The notes under the pieces are model-generated. The model was not told the origin of the DNA. It did no database searches and saw only the letters and a list, made by a program, of their open reading frames with translations. DNA of 64,000 bases, taken from NCBI GenBank assembly GCA_963758635.1, contig CAVWWD010000003.1:32001-96000 (forward strand), read 5' to 3'. This document shows, in pieces, positions 1-9,745 of the stretch (its first letter is position 1; each line of letters starts with the position of its first letter). The translations under genes were made by a program, and so were the position numbers. The DNA comes from an uncultured Candidatus Rokubacteria bacterium. GTDB taxonomy: Bacteria; Methylomirabilota; Methylomirabilia; Rokubacteriales; CSP1-6.

Positions 1-108
1 GACTTCGAGGCCTACGGCGCCGCTCGCTGGACCCGGGCCGAGGCGGCGATGGACGCTGCCGACTTCCCGTGGTGGCTCGAGGCGGTCACGGAGGCGGCGC
101 GCCGCTGA
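1..108 (+). CDS. 3' end of a hypothetical protein, truncated by the window edge
   Basis: Frame 1 is open (DFEAYGAARWTRAEAAMDAADFPWWLEAVTEAARR*) with GC3-rich codons; TGA at 106-108. Confidence 0.55.
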   Translation, partial: DFEAYGAARWTRAEAAMDAADFPWWLEAVTEAARR

Positions 109-173
109 TCGAGGCGCGGAGGCCTTTCAGCGCGCTGCCGGCACCACGCCGCGCCCCGTCCCGAGGCGGCGGC

Positions 174-405
174 TCACGCCTGGAGCTTCCGGACGACCTT
201 CCCGCTCGTGTCGGTGAGCCGGAACGCCCGGCCCTGGTGCCGGTACGTGAGCTTCATGTGGTCGAGCCCCATCAGGTCGAGGATCGTCGCGTGCAGGTCG
301 TGGACGTGGACCGGGTCCTCCGTGATGCCGTACCCGAGCTCGTCCGTCGCGCCGACCAGGGTGCCGGCGGCGATGCCCCCCGCCCGCCATCCACATGGTG
401 AGCGT
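174..405 (-). pseudogene. C-terminal fragment of a DUF1501 family protein
   Basis: Across one frameshift reads [69 protein letters not shown], the typical DUF1501 C-terminus; N-terminal part absent. Confidence 0.8.
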
Positions 406-881
406 CAAAGACGCGATCGTTATCGGCCGTGAGGTGGCTGAGTTCCGGTTATCCTGGATCGAGGATCCGATTCCTGCGAACGACCATGACGGACTCCGGC
501 AGATCACCGAGGCGTTGGAGACACCCGGTCTGCGCCGGAGAGACCTTCCACCAAGCAATCGAATTCCGTAGCGTCCTGGACCGCCGCGCAGTAGACATCA
601 TCATGCTCTGTTTGGAGGTGGGAGGCATCACACAGTTTCTCAGGATCGCCCACATCGTTGAGGCATACGGAGTTCCGCTGACCTACCACGTAACCATGGA
701 GGCGGCGGCACATGCGCTCGCTGCGGTTACCGGCCGCATCGCCCCGGGCGCCTATCTTCCTTGGGCTGCGCCGCTGTTCACGGAGAAGCTACCAATCCGG
801 AATGGCCGGCTTGCCTTGTTCGAGCGGCCGGGCCTAGGCTTGGATCTGGATCCGGCAGCGCTGAAGACGTTCGCGGTGTGA
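404..881 (+). pseudogene. C-terminal fragment of a mandelate racemase/muconate lactonizing (enolase superfamily) enzyme
   Basis: [41 protein letters not shown] / VCAGE...GGITQFLRIA...RPGLGLDLD; N-terminus missing; more AT-rich than the flanks. Confidence 0.75.
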
Positions 882-944
882 CGGAGCCGACGACGTGTTG
901 GATGGACAGTTGACGACGAGCTTCGGGCCATTGGCTGGCATGGC

Positions 945-1080
945 TTAGTCGCAAGCGACCAGCTTGGCCACCACTCGATCAAGGTGACCGTCGATGTCTA
1001 TGGCCACTTGGTGCCCGGCGCGAACAAGACCGCGGTGGACCGGCTGGATGAGCAGGCGCAGGCACTCGAGGCGGCGATCG
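945..1080 (+). pseudogene. C-terminal remnant of a tyrosine integrase
   Basis: LVASDQLGHHSIKVTVDVYGHLVPGANKTAVDRLD matches box II (LGH...Y); lies just beyond the tRNA 3' end. Confidence 0.8.
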
Positions 1081-1167
1081 GGCAGGGGAATGGCGGCGAG
1101 GATCAGGCGGGAGGGGAGCTGATCGAGCGCAACCCGGCGCAACCCCCGAGCAACCAAAGGCCCACCG

Positions 1168-1207
1168 AAAAGCAACGCGGGGTCACGGATCGCTCCGTAA
1201 CCCCGCG
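1168..1207 (-). terminator. Intrinsic terminator downstream of tRNA-Ala
   Basis: Minus strand CGCGGGGTTACGGA-GCGA-TCCGTGACCCCGCG followed by TTGCTTTT. Confidence 0.7.
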
Positions 1208-1216
1208 AGAAGAAAA

Positions 1217-1292
1217 TGGTGGAGCTGAGGGGGCTCGAACCCCTGACCCCAAGACTGCCAGCCTTGTGCTCTCCCAACTGAGCTACAGCCCC
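1217..1292 (-). tRNA. tRNA-Ala(GGC)
   Basis: GGGGCTGTAGCTCAGTTGGGAGAGCACAAGGCTGGCAGTCTTGGGGTCAGGGGTTCGAGCCCCCTCAGCTCCACCA; 76 nt, G3:U70 pair, encoded CCA. Confidence 0.97.
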
Positions 1293-1389
1293 ACCGCGCC
1301 GGCAAGGATACCCTCGGCCGCGCGAAGGTGTCAAGGATGGCCGCTATTTGGCGCGCAGTGGACCGCCGCTCGCCGCGCCATCCCCCACG

Positions 1390-2383
1390 TCAGCGCGGGT
1401 CGTCGCCCATCCGGTACTCGCAGGTGAGCTCGTCCAGGCGGGCCTTCACGTCGGCGGGAAGCTCGACGGCGGCCGCGGGGAGCACGTCGGCGAGCTGCTC
1501 CGGGCGGCTGGCCCCGACGATCGGCAACGTCACCGCCGGATGCGAGAGGACCCACGCGACGGCCAGGCGCGCGAGCGGCATGCCTGCTTCCTTCGCCACG
1601 CCGCGAAGATCCTCGACGGTGGCAAACTCGCGCTCGTGCCAGTACCGATCCTGGTAGCGAGTCCCCGCGGTGCCGAGCGTGAAGCGCGTGCCCGGCGTTG
1701 GCGCGCCCTCCGCGCGATGCTTTCCGCTGAGGAAGCCGCCGGCCAGCGGGTTGTACGGAATCACGCCCACGCCGTCCTCGAGGCACAGGGGAAGCAGCTC
1801 GCGCTCGATCTGGCGGAACAGCAGGTTGTAGCGCGGCTGGACGGAGTCGAATCGCGCCAGGCCCAGGAGCTCCGAGCGGCCGAGGGCGCGGGCCACCTGG
1901 TACGCGTGATAGTTCGAGCAGCCGACATAGCGAGCCTTGCCCGAGCGCACCACGTCGTCCAGCGCGCGGAGCGTCTCGTCCATCGGCGTCTCCGGGTCGG
2001 GGTGGTGGATCTGGTAGAGGTCCACGTAGTCGGTGCCCAGACGCGAGAGTGACGCGTCGATGGCGTCGAGCACGTGCTTGCGCGACGTGCCCCGATCCCA
2101 CGGCCGGCGGCCGGTGGCGCCCGAGCACTTGGTGGCCACGATGAAGTCGGCGCGTCGGCCCTTGAGCCATCGGCCCACGATCTCCTCGGTCCGGCCCACC
2201 GTCTCCGGCGTTCCGCCGATCGGATAGAACGTCGGCCGTGTCGAGAAAGCTCACGCCGCCGTCGGCGGCGCGGTCGAGGATGGCGAACGACGTGGGCTCG
2301 TCGCACTGCAGCCCGAACGTCATGGTGCCGAGGCAGAGACGCGAGACGCGGAGACCGGTGCGGCCGAGGCGGACGTGGCGCAT
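1390..2383 (-). CDS. Aldo/keto reductase (frameshift near 2228)
   Basis: [55 protein letters not shown] motifs. Confidence 0.92.
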
Positions 2384-2398
2384 GGGCCCGAGGGTAAC

Positions 2399-2442
2399 GT
2401 CGGGGTCACGCCGGGGCAAGCGACGGCCGCGTCGGTGGGCCG
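2399..2442. repeat. 44-bp direct repeat, left copy
   Basis: GTCGGGGTCACGCCGGGGCAAGCGACGGCCGCGTCGGTGGGCCG, near-identical to 3227-3270. Confidence 0.85.
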
Positions 2443-2495
2443 ACACTCGACGGGTCCGGACGGTCCCGTGGCGACGGCTGCTATCATCCCGGGCG

Positions 2496-2842
2496 ATGCC
2501 CATGCTCGTCGTCCGCGTGCCGCTGCCCCTTGCCGACGTCCGGCGAATGGCCGCCGAGCAGTTCGGGGACTTCGTGAAGGCGGTGGTCGATATCGAGCGC
2601 GAGGTGATGGCCATCGGCGGCGAACTGCACGCCGATGGGAGGCCCTCCTCATCGAGGATGGCAGCCGTCAGGCCGACCTGTGGGGCATCAATCTCTATCC
2701 GGACCTTCCGACGGAGCAGCTGGTGGAGTTCGACTCCATGATCAACGTGCGGCCGTCGCAGGGCAATCGATCGCGAGGTGTGGACGACCCGGATCGGCGC
2801 CGCCGGATCGAGGCGGTCGTCCGGCGTCTCATCGTGCCGTGA
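2496..2842 (+). CDS. DUF5674 family protein (frameshift near 2637)
   Basis: [46 protein letters not shown]...[20 protein letters not shown]. Confidence 0.85.
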
Positions 2843-3171
2843 TGGAGCCCGTGTACCGGCACCGAGAGCTTGCCAGCGGGCGGTGGCACGTCCTGTCCCT
2901 GGCCGAGCAGCTCGCCAACGTGGGCAGCGAGGTTGGACGGATGCGCCGCGCCCGCGACGAGGCCCTCAGGACGCGTGCCTTCGAGCGTGCCCTCGAGCTC
3001 CTCGATCTCACCCTGGCCGACCCGCGCTGGCGCACTCGCCTGCGGGAGGTCGCCCGCGCCCGGGAGCTGCTCTGCGACGCGGCGACGGGGGGCGCCGAGT
3101 ACAGCACGACCCTCGAGGATCTGGACGCGTACTTCCTCGCGTTCGCGATCGCCGCCCGGCGCAACCGCTGA
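2842..3171 (+). CDS. Small all-helical hypothetical protein coupled to DUF5674
   Basis: TGATG overlap; [21 protein letters not shown]...[16 protein letters not shown]. Confidence 0.8.
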   Translation: MEPVYRHRELASGRWHVLSLAEQLANVGSEVGRMRRARDEALRTRAFERALELLDLTLADPRWRTRLREVARARELLCDAATGGAEYSTTLEDLDAYFLAFAIAARRNR

Positions 3172-3226
3172 GCGCGTCGGGCTGAGACAAGACCTGGGCG
3201 TTCGTGCGCGGGCGGTGCTCCCGCCC

Positions 3227-3270
3227 GTCGGGTCACACCGGGGCAAGCGGCGGCCGCGTCGGTGGGGCCG
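3227..3270. repeat. 44-bp direct repeat, right copy
   Basis: GTCGGGTCACACCGGGGCAAGCGGCGGCCGCGTCGGTGGGGCCG. Confidence 0.85.
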
Positions 3271-3315
3271 CTGGCGTCGGCGACGGGCCGGCCGCCGCCC
3301 CGGCTGCCCAGGCGT

Positions 3316-3627
3316 CTACCTCGTCTGCGCGTCGTGCTTCTGGCGGAAGATGCGGCGGCTCTGCACGTCCTGCGCGCGCTCGATGCGCGTCTTTTCCCTG
3401 CCCGTCACGATGCCGTCGAACTGGGCGCGCGTCTCGATGTTCTCGACGTGGTTCTGGCCGTGCTCGAGCCTCCGGGTCTCGCGTCCGGTGAGCTGGCCGG
3501 ACTGGACGCCCTGGTCGATGCGCTGCTCCTGGCGGAGCTGGCGGCGGTCGGCCCGCGTCTCGGCGAGGGCGGGGGCGGCGAGGATCAGAAGCGCGAGCGA
3601 GGTGACGACGATCAGTGCCGGTTGCAT
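3316..3627 (-). CDS. Small secreted hypothetical protein with internal repeat
   Basis: Signal peptide (AxA); QEQRIDQGVQSGQLTGRE / DGIVTGRE repeat; GGGAGG RBS. Confidence 0.85.
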   Translation of the reverse strand: MQPALIVVTSLALLILAAPALAETRADRRQLRQEQRIDQGVQSGQLTGRETRRLEHGQNHVENIETRAQFDGIVTGREKTRIERAQDVQSRRIFRQKHDAQTR

Positions 3628-3870
3628 GTCGGCCTCCCTGGGAGCGTGGGTTCGTTCCTCGGGTGATGCTGGCCGATCTGACGCGCGGTCGCGTACGGGC
3701 GTTTACGTGGCGGCGCGAGCACGCGCGCGGCTGTTCACGTCCGCCGGAACAGCGCGGGCCGTCAGCTGCGCCTACCTGTATCCGAACTGGCGACATTGTT
3801 GGCTCTTCGACGAGCGGGGATGCTGGTGACGTGACCGATCGCCCGCGCCGGCGCGCCGGTCCCGCTCGAC

Positions 3871-4692
3871 GTGTCGATCGACGCCGACCTGCTCCGGCGA
3901 CTCTACCTGGAAGAGCGCCTGACGATGTCGCGTATCGCGGGTGCGATGGGGTGCGGGGAAACCACGATCTTCCGCCTCCTGCGTCGGTTCTCGATCGCCG
4001 CTCGGCCCCGAGGGCCCATCGCCTCGGCGCCGGCTCGCGTCCTGGCCACGTCGGCTGGAACGCCAACGTGGCGTACGCGGTCGGCTTGATGGCGACCGAC
4101 GGGAACCTGTCTCGCGACGACGGATCGATGTCCTTCGTGTCGAAGGACCTCGAGCAAGTAGAGACGCTCCGGCGCTGTCTGGCGCTGAACGCGCCGGTGT
4201 CGTCGGTCACGAACGGGTCGGGGTCGACGCTATCCAAGAGTCCAATGGAGCGACGCGGCGCTGTACGAATGGTTTCTCGAGGATCGGCCTCACGCCGGCG
4301 AAGAGCCTCACGCTCGGAGCTCTCGCAGGTGCCGGACGAGTACTTCGCCGATTTCTTCCGCGGCTGTGTCGACGGCGACGGGTCGGTATCGTGTACACGG
4401 ACCGCTATCACACCTCCAAGAAGCGAGCGTACGTGTACCAGCGCTCTACGTGATCGCTCGTCTCCGCGAGCGGGTCGGTTCCTCTCGTGGATGCGGGAGA
4501 CGTGATTCGGCAGCCAGGTTGGTGGCCGAGGAACGATCCAGGTATTCCGGTCGCCGGGACGCGCGACGTCTGGCGGCTCCGCTACGCGAAGCGTGAGTCA
4601 GTCTCGTGCTGCTCCGCTGGATGTACCGATCCCGCGACGTTCCCAGCCTGGCGCCGCAAGCGCGATATTGCCTGTCGGTCCTTCATCCGCTA
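3871..4692 (+). pseudogene. HTH + LAGLIDADG homing-endonuclease-like protein, multiple frameshifts
   Basis: LRRLYLEERLTMSRIA HTH; AYAVGLMATDG and FFRGCVDGDGS helices; IGLTPAKS; WRLRYAKRES. Confidence 0.8.
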
Positions 4693-4744
4693 GCGGCGCG
4701 CCGATCGGGTCCGGGCGGCCGATGTACATACGCTGCTCGCCGGT

Positions 4745-4833
4745 GCCGGGGTGGCGGAACTGGAAGACGCTGCGGACTCAAAATCCGTGTGCCCGCAAGG
4801 GCTGTGGGGGTTCGAATCCCGCCCCCGGCACCA
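4745..4833 (+). tRNA. tRNA-Leu(CAA)
   Basis: GCCGGGG acceptor stem, anticodon arm GCGGA-CTCAAAA-TCCGT, long variable arm, GGTTCGAATCC, ends CCCCGGCACCA. Confidence 0.93.
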
Positions 4834-4988
4834 AGCTCCTGACGCTGTCCGTGGGTGCCCACCCGATGCCCTGAGGTGCGCTCGATGCTTCGGGCAGAAC
4901 ACCCATGACGCGCGTTCGGTCTCAGGCAAGCCTCCGCGCCTCCTCCGGCACGCGCCTCGAAGCTCAGCGATTCTGGGCGACTCCCGAT

Positions 4989-5003
4989 TGGCCCGGATCC
5001 TGC
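4989..5003 (+). promoter_or_regulatory. Possible sigma-54 (-24/-12) promoter
   Basis: TGGCCCG-GATC-CTGC has correct GG-N10-GC spacing, about 65 nt upstream of ATG 5067. Confidence 0.4.
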
Positions 5004-5066
5004 CTACGCATCAAGCATTCGGGCAGGGCAGCGGGCGCGAGCCCCGCTGGCCGGGGAGGGGTCGCC

Positions 5067-5279
5067 ATGGCGCTCGAGACGACGGTCGCGTACCTTGTGG
5101 CGGTGGGTTTGCCCCTGTGGCTCGTGGTCGAGCAGCTCATGTCGTGGTGGATGTTCAGGCGACAGGAGCCGACGGGGACCCGGGCCGGGTCGGACGATCC
5201 GGTCGCAGTCGAATCAGAGAGAACGATGACGCCTCGCGCGCCCTACGGGCCGCCGGGCGATGCCCGCCGCGCCGCCTGA
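5067..5279 (+). CDS. Small single-pass membrane protein
   Basis: GGGAGGGG RBS; hydrophobic VAYLVAVGLPLWLVVEQL segment. Confidence 0.65.
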   Translation: MALETTVAYLVAVGLPLWLVVEQLMSWWMFRRQEPTGTRAGSDDPVAVESERTMTPRAPYGPPGDARRAA

Positions 5280-5329
5280 CCCGGTTCGGGCGGCGCGGCG
5301 CTCAACCGTCAGACAGGAGATCGCCGCCG

Positions 5330-5824
5330 ATGCCCGAAGCGCCCGCGCCGTCCTCGCCGACGCCGACGATCATCTCCATCACCCAGCTCGCCACCCACCC
5401 GATTCCGCCGGACGCCGCCAACGCCACGTGGCCCAACGTGCTGCACACGCGCGTGGCCGACGTGGTGGCGTCGATGGGCCGGCCACCGTGGGCGAAGCGC
5501 ATCATCGCCGACGAGCGGCAGCTCGTGACCTTGATCGCCACGCCCCCCGGCGGGGGCAACCGCCCGCACTGGCATCGCGACTTCGACGAGTGGTGGGTGG
5601 TGCTGGGAGGGCGGCTCGAGTGGGAGCTGACCGGCGGCACGCGGATCCAGGCGGGGCTGGGCGACATCGTCTGGGTGCCGCGCGGCACCGTGCACCACAT
5701 CATGACCCTCGGCGACGAGGTCTCGATGCGGCTGGCCGTGGCGATGCCTCCCGCGTGGCACTACTACAGCCCGTGCGAGCAGTGCGGCTTCGCCGACGAC
5801 GGGCCGAAGGCGTGGCACGCCTGA
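5330..5824 (+). CDS. Cupin domain protein
   Basis: PHWHRDFDEWWVVLGG...GDIVWVPRGTVH; C-terminal CxxC; AGGAG RBS. Confidence 0.88.
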   Translation: MPEAPAPSSPTPTIISITQLATHPIPPDAANATWPNVLHTRVADVVASMGRPPWAKRIIADERQLVTLIATPPGGGNRPHWHRDFDEWWVVLGGRLEWELTGGTRIQAGLGDIVWVPRGTVHHIMTLGDEVSMRLAVAMPPAWHYYSPCEQCGFADDGPKAWHA

Positions 5825-5854
5825 CCGCGGGTGCTCAGGAGGTAGCGCGGCCGA

Positions 5855-5891
5855 CCCTCACCCCGGCCCTCTCCCTGAGAGGGAGAGGGGG
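5855..5891. repeat. REP-like palindrome
   Basis: CCCTCACCCCGGCCCTCTCCCTGAGAGGGAGAGGGGG between convergent genes; same family at 33617-33733. Confidence 0.8.
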
Positions 5892-5910
5892 CAGGGCCGG
5901 CCCCTCGCGG

Positions 5911-6957
5911 TCACGCCGGCAAGCTGACGCGCTGGCCCGTCGCCGCCGACTGGAGCGCGGCGCCCAGCACCTCCTGCGCGTCGCGTCCGACCTCGGGCGT
6001 GCAGAGGGGATCGAACGGCCGGCCGTCGCGCAGGCGCGCGAGGAAATGCGTCACGCCGTCGCGCTCGTCGTCCGCGAGCGCGGGCGGCTCGACGAACGTG
6101 CTGTCCGCTCCCTTCACCACCTGCACGCGTCCAGGGCCGGTCTTCTGGCCCTCGCGCACGGCCCGCGGCTGGTGCACGATCAGCGTTCCGCGATCGCCGT
6201 GCACGATCATGGCGAAGCCCGGCTCTCCTGCCATCTGCGTCCAGCTCGCCTCGAGCAGCCCCAGCGCCCGCGCATGGCGCAAGACGACGACCGCGTTGTC
6301 CTCGGCGGGGAGGTCTTCCTTCCGGAGGCGCGCCGAGACCGCCGTCACGTCGAGCGGGCGGCCGAGGAGGAACCGGCAGAGGATGGCGCCGTAGCCGCAG
6401 TAGTCCACGAGCGCGCCGCCCCCGTTCCGGGCCGGGTCGTAGAGCCACGCGCAGAACTCGGCGGAGCAGCCGTACTCACGCGGACCCGCGTGACCGCCCC
6501 GGTGCGAGACCTGGACGGGCTCGCCCACCTCGCCCGCGCGCGCCAGCGCGAGGCCGTGACGGAGCGCGGGTCGCCACACGGTGGGCCAGTTGATCATGAG
6601 CGGGCGTCCCGACGCGCGGGCGGCGGCGAGGAGGGCGTCCGCTCCCGCGAGGTCCGCGGCCATCGGCTTCTCGACCATGGCGGGGAGACCGCGCCGGAGC
6701 GCGCGGGCGCCCAGCTCGGCGGAGGCGCGGTTGTCGCTGAAGACGAGCACCGCGTCCAGGTCGCGGCGCTCGATGAGCGCGTCGAACGTGGCGTGCGTCT
6801 CCACCCCGCCGTGGGCGCGCGTCGCCCGCTCGCACAGACGCGGGTCGGGATCCGCCACCGCGGCCAGGTGGCCGAGGTCGCCGGCGGCGATCGCCTGGAG
6901 ATTGCTCCACACGTGGTCGTGGCTGAGGCCGAGCACACCCACCCGGAGTCGCGTCAT
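5911..6957 (-). CDS. Gfo/Idh/MocA family oxidoreductase
   Basis: RLRVGVLG, VEKPMA, GGGALVDY motifs. Confidence 0.9.
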   Translation of the reverse strand: MTRLRVGVLGLSHDHVWSNLQAIAAGDLGHLAAVADPDPRLCERATRAHGGVETHATFDALIERRDLDAVLVFSDNRASAELGARALRRGLPAMVEKPMAADLAGADALLAAARASGRPLMINWPTVWRPALRHGLALARAGEVGEPVQVSHRGGHAGPREYGCSAEFCAWLYDPARNGGGALVDYCGYGAILCRFLLGRPLDVTAVSARLRKEDLPAEDNAVVVLRHARALGLLEASWTQMAGEPGFAMIVHGDRGTLIVHQPRAVREGQKTGPGRVQVVKGADSTFVEPPALADDERDGVTHFLARLRDGRPFDPLCTPEVGRDAQEVLGAALQSAATGQRVSLPA

Positions 6958-7148
6958 CGTCGAGGTTCCTCCCGCCGGACAATCTAGCAGCACGAAGGGC
7001 TCGTTCAAGGCGCGCGAGCGGTCTTCGCGCATCGCCCCGGTTCGCCCGTGTGCGGGCGCGTCCTGCCTGCTAAGATCGCCTCGCGCATCGACCTCGCGTC
7101 GCGCATCGACCAGCAGCCGCACGAGCGACGCCCGGAGGAGGGTTCCCC

Positions 7149-8432
7149 ATGGCAGCAGAGCCAGTGCCGAGCGGCACCGATCCGCAGCACCGCTGGGAGC
7201 GGCCGATCCAGGCTCCCGGCCGCATGCAGGTGGACTTCGAGGAGCGCGTGGACTTCCGGCGCCTGCACGCCTACCGGCTCGGCCGCACCCGCGAGGCCCT
7301 CGCGCGCTCGGGGCTCGGCGCGCTGCTCGTGTTCGATCAGCACAACATCCGCTACATCTCGGGCACGGTGATCGGCGAGTGGGCGCGGGACAAGCTGATT
7401 CGCTACTGCCTGCTCACCGGCAACGGCCAGCCCTGGGTGTGGGACTTCGGCTCGGCTGCCCGCCACCATCGCCTCTACGCGCCCTGGCTGGACGCCACGC
7501 ACTGCCTGGCCGGCATGGTCGGCATGCGCGGCGCGGTGTCGCCGAAGGCCGGCCTGTTCGAGCGCGCGGCGCAGGAGATCAAGGAGATCCTCGTCCGCGA
7601 GGGCGTGGCCGGCATGCCGCTCGGCATCGACGTGGTCGAGCCGCCGTTCATGTTCGCCCTGCGGGACGCCGGCGTCGAGGTCCGCGACGGCCAGCAGGTG
7701 ATGCTGGAGGCGCGGGCGATCAAGAACGTGGACGAGCTCACGCTCCTCAACATGGCGGCGGCCATGGGCGACGGCGTGTACCAGGACATCTTCGAGGCGC
7801 TCAAGCCGGGCGCGCGCGAGAACGAGATCGTGGCGCTCGCCAACAAGCGGCTCTACGAGATGGGCTCGGACTGCGTGGAGGCGATCAACGCGATCTCCGG
7901 CGAGCGCTGCTCGCCGCACCCGCACAACTTCACCGACCGGCTGATCCGGCCCGGCGACCAGGCGTACTTCGACATCATCCAGTCGTTCGTGGGCTACCGC
8001 ACCTGCTACTACCGCACGTTCGCGGTGGGCCGCGCCACCGGCGTCCAGGTCAGCGCCTACCGCCGCGCGCGCGAGTGGATGGACAGCGCGATCGCCCTCA
8101 TCAAGCCCGGCGTGGGCACGGACCGCATCGCCGAGTGCTTCCCGCGCGCGGAGGAGATCGGCTTCGAGAGCGAGATGGCCGCGTTCGGGCTGAACTTCTG
8201 CCACGGCCTCGGGCTCGGGCTGCACGAGCGGCCGATCATCTCGCGGCTGAACTCCTTCGAGGAGCCCATGGAGCTCCAGGCCGGCATGGTGTTCGCGGTG
8301 GAGACGTACTGCCCGGCCGAGGATGGCATCTCCGCCGCGCGGATCGAGGAGGAGGTCATCGTCACGCCGCGGGGCGCGCAGATCATCACGCTGTTCCCGG
8401 CCGAGGAGCTGCCGATCGCGAACCGCTACTGA
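7149..8432 (+). CDS. M24 family (Xaa-Pro peptidase/creatinase-like) protein
   Basis: ARAIKNVDE, CHGLGLGLHERP, AVETY, RIEEEV. Confidence 0.92.
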   Translation: MAAEPVPSGTDPQHRWERPIQAPGRMQVDFEERVDFRRLHAYRLGRTREALARSGLGALLVFDQHNIRYISGTVIGEWARDKLIRYCLLTGNGQPWVWDFGSAARHHRLYAPWLDATHCLAGMVGMRGAVSPKAGLFERAAQEIKEILVREGVAGMPLGIDVVEPPFMFALRDAGVEVRDGQQVMLEARAIKNVDELTLLNMAAAMGDGVYQDIFEALKPGARENEIVALANKRLYEMGSDCVEAINAISGERCSPHPHNFTDRLIRPGDQAYFDIIQSFVGYRTCYYRTFAVGRATGVQVSAYRRAREWMDSAIALIKPGVGTDRIAECFPRAEEIGFESEMAAFGLNFCHGLGLGLHERPIISRLNSFEEPMELQAGMVFAVETYCPAEDGISAARIEEEVIVTPRGAQIITLFPAEELPIANRY

Positions 8433-8449
8433 GCGGTGAGCGTCCTCCC

Positions 8450-9745
8450 GTGACGATCCTCGCGAGAGCCGCCCTCGCCCTCGGGCCGCTCGCCGCCGCG
8501 TGCCTCCTCGCCCTCGCCGGGTGCGCGGAGCGCCCGGCGCCGCCGGGCCCGGTCACGCTGGTCTTCAAGCACGCCAAGATCCTCGGCCCGATGGATCCCG
8601 TGCCCGGGCTCATCGCCGAGTTCGAGGCCGCGCACCCGGGGGTCCGCGTGAAGGCCGAGACGCTGCCGTGGAGCTCGGACGAGCAGCGGCAGTTCCTGGT
8701 CATCAACCTCGAGGGCGGCCGCCCGGGTTTCGACGTGATGATGCTGGACTGCATCTGGGTGCCGGAGTTCGCGCGCGCGGGCTGGCTCGCCGACCTGTCG
8801 GCCGCGGTCGGCCGCGACGAGCTGAACGCTTATTTCCCCTCCGCGGTGGATGCGGGCACGTTCGCGGGCCGCGTCTGGGCGCTTCCGTGGATGATGAACG
8901 TGGGCCTCCTCTACTACCGCTCCGACCTCCTCGCGCGCCACGGCTTCGGCCCGCCGGAGACGTACGACCAGATGGTCACGCAGATCCGCGTCATCAGGGA
9001 GCGGGAACGGGCGCCGCGCCTGGACGGCTACCTGTGGCAAGGCAAGCAGTACGAGGGGCTGACCGTGAACGCACTCGAGGCGCTCTGGGCCGCGGGCACC
9101 ACGGTGATCGACGAGAGCGGCCGGGTGTTCCCGGACCCCGAGCGCGCCGTCCGCGCGCTGGGCTTTCTCCGCATGCTGATCGAGACGGGGCTCTCGCCGG
9201 CCTGGGTCACCGCGGCCGACGAGGAGAGCACGCGCCGCGCCTTCGGCAACGGCGAGGCCGTGTTCCTGCGGAGCTGGCCCTACGCCGCCGATCTCTTCGA
9301 GCTGCCGGGCTCCGCGGTGCGCGGGAAGGTGGGCATCGCCCGGCTGCCGCGTCACGCCGGAGGCGACCGCGGCTGGGGATCGACGGGCGGCTCGCACCTC
9401 GCGGTGAGCCGAGGCACGCGCCATCCGACGGAGGCGGCGGCGCTGGCGCGCTTCCTCACCGGCGAGCGGGCGCAGCGGGCCATGACGGAGACGGGCGCGA
9501 TCAAGCCCACGTGGCGGTCGCTCTACCACGATCCGGCTCTGGTCGCCCGGTTCCCGAAGCTGCCGCTCATCCACGACCTCACGCTCGCGGGACGGCCGCG
9601 GCCGGTGACGCCCTTCTACGTGATGCTCTCGGTCTCCCTCCAGCCCGAGCTGTCCGCCGCGCTCGTCGGCGTGAAGACGCCGGCCCGGAGCGTGGCCGAT
9701 GCGCGGCGCCGGCTCGAGTTCCTGCTCCGGGGGGTGAGCGGATGA
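8450..9745 (+). CDS. Carbohydrate ABC transporter substrate-binding lipoprotein
   Basis: Lipobox LAGC; ALPW..NVGLLYYRSDL; WQGKQYEGL. Confidence 0.9.
   Translation: MTILARAALALGPLAAACLLALAGCAERPAPPGPVTLVFKHAKILGPMDPVPGLIAEFEAAHPGVRVKAETLPWSSDEQRQFLVINLEGGRPGFDVMMLDCIWVPEFARAGWLADLSAAVGRDELNAYFPSAVDAGTFAGRVWALPWMMNVGLLYYRSDLLARHGFGPPETYDQMVTQIRVIRERERAPRLDGYLWQGKQYEGLTVNALEALWAAGTTVIDESGRVFPDPERAVRALGFLRMLIETGLSPAWVTAADEESTRRAFGNGEAVFLRSWPYAADLFELPGSAVRGKVGIARLPRHAGGDRGWGSTGGSHLAVSRGTRHPTEAAALARFLTGERAQRAMTETGAIKPTWRSLYHDPALVARFPKLPLIHDLTLAGRPRPVTPFYVMLSVSLQPELSAALVGVKTPARSVADARRRLEFLLRGVSG

Noticed and set aside
945..3270. Integron formed by the integrase and the DUF5674 cassette
   Set aside because: The remnant is too short to show an IntI patch, sits at a tRNA like an island integrase, and the repeats lack attC RYYYAAC/GTTRRRY boxes
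6581..8449. N-terminal extension of the 1054-aa ORF (also the 884-aa and 1207-aa ORFs)
   Set aside because: Stop-free alternative frames overlapping other genes; the true starts are downstream
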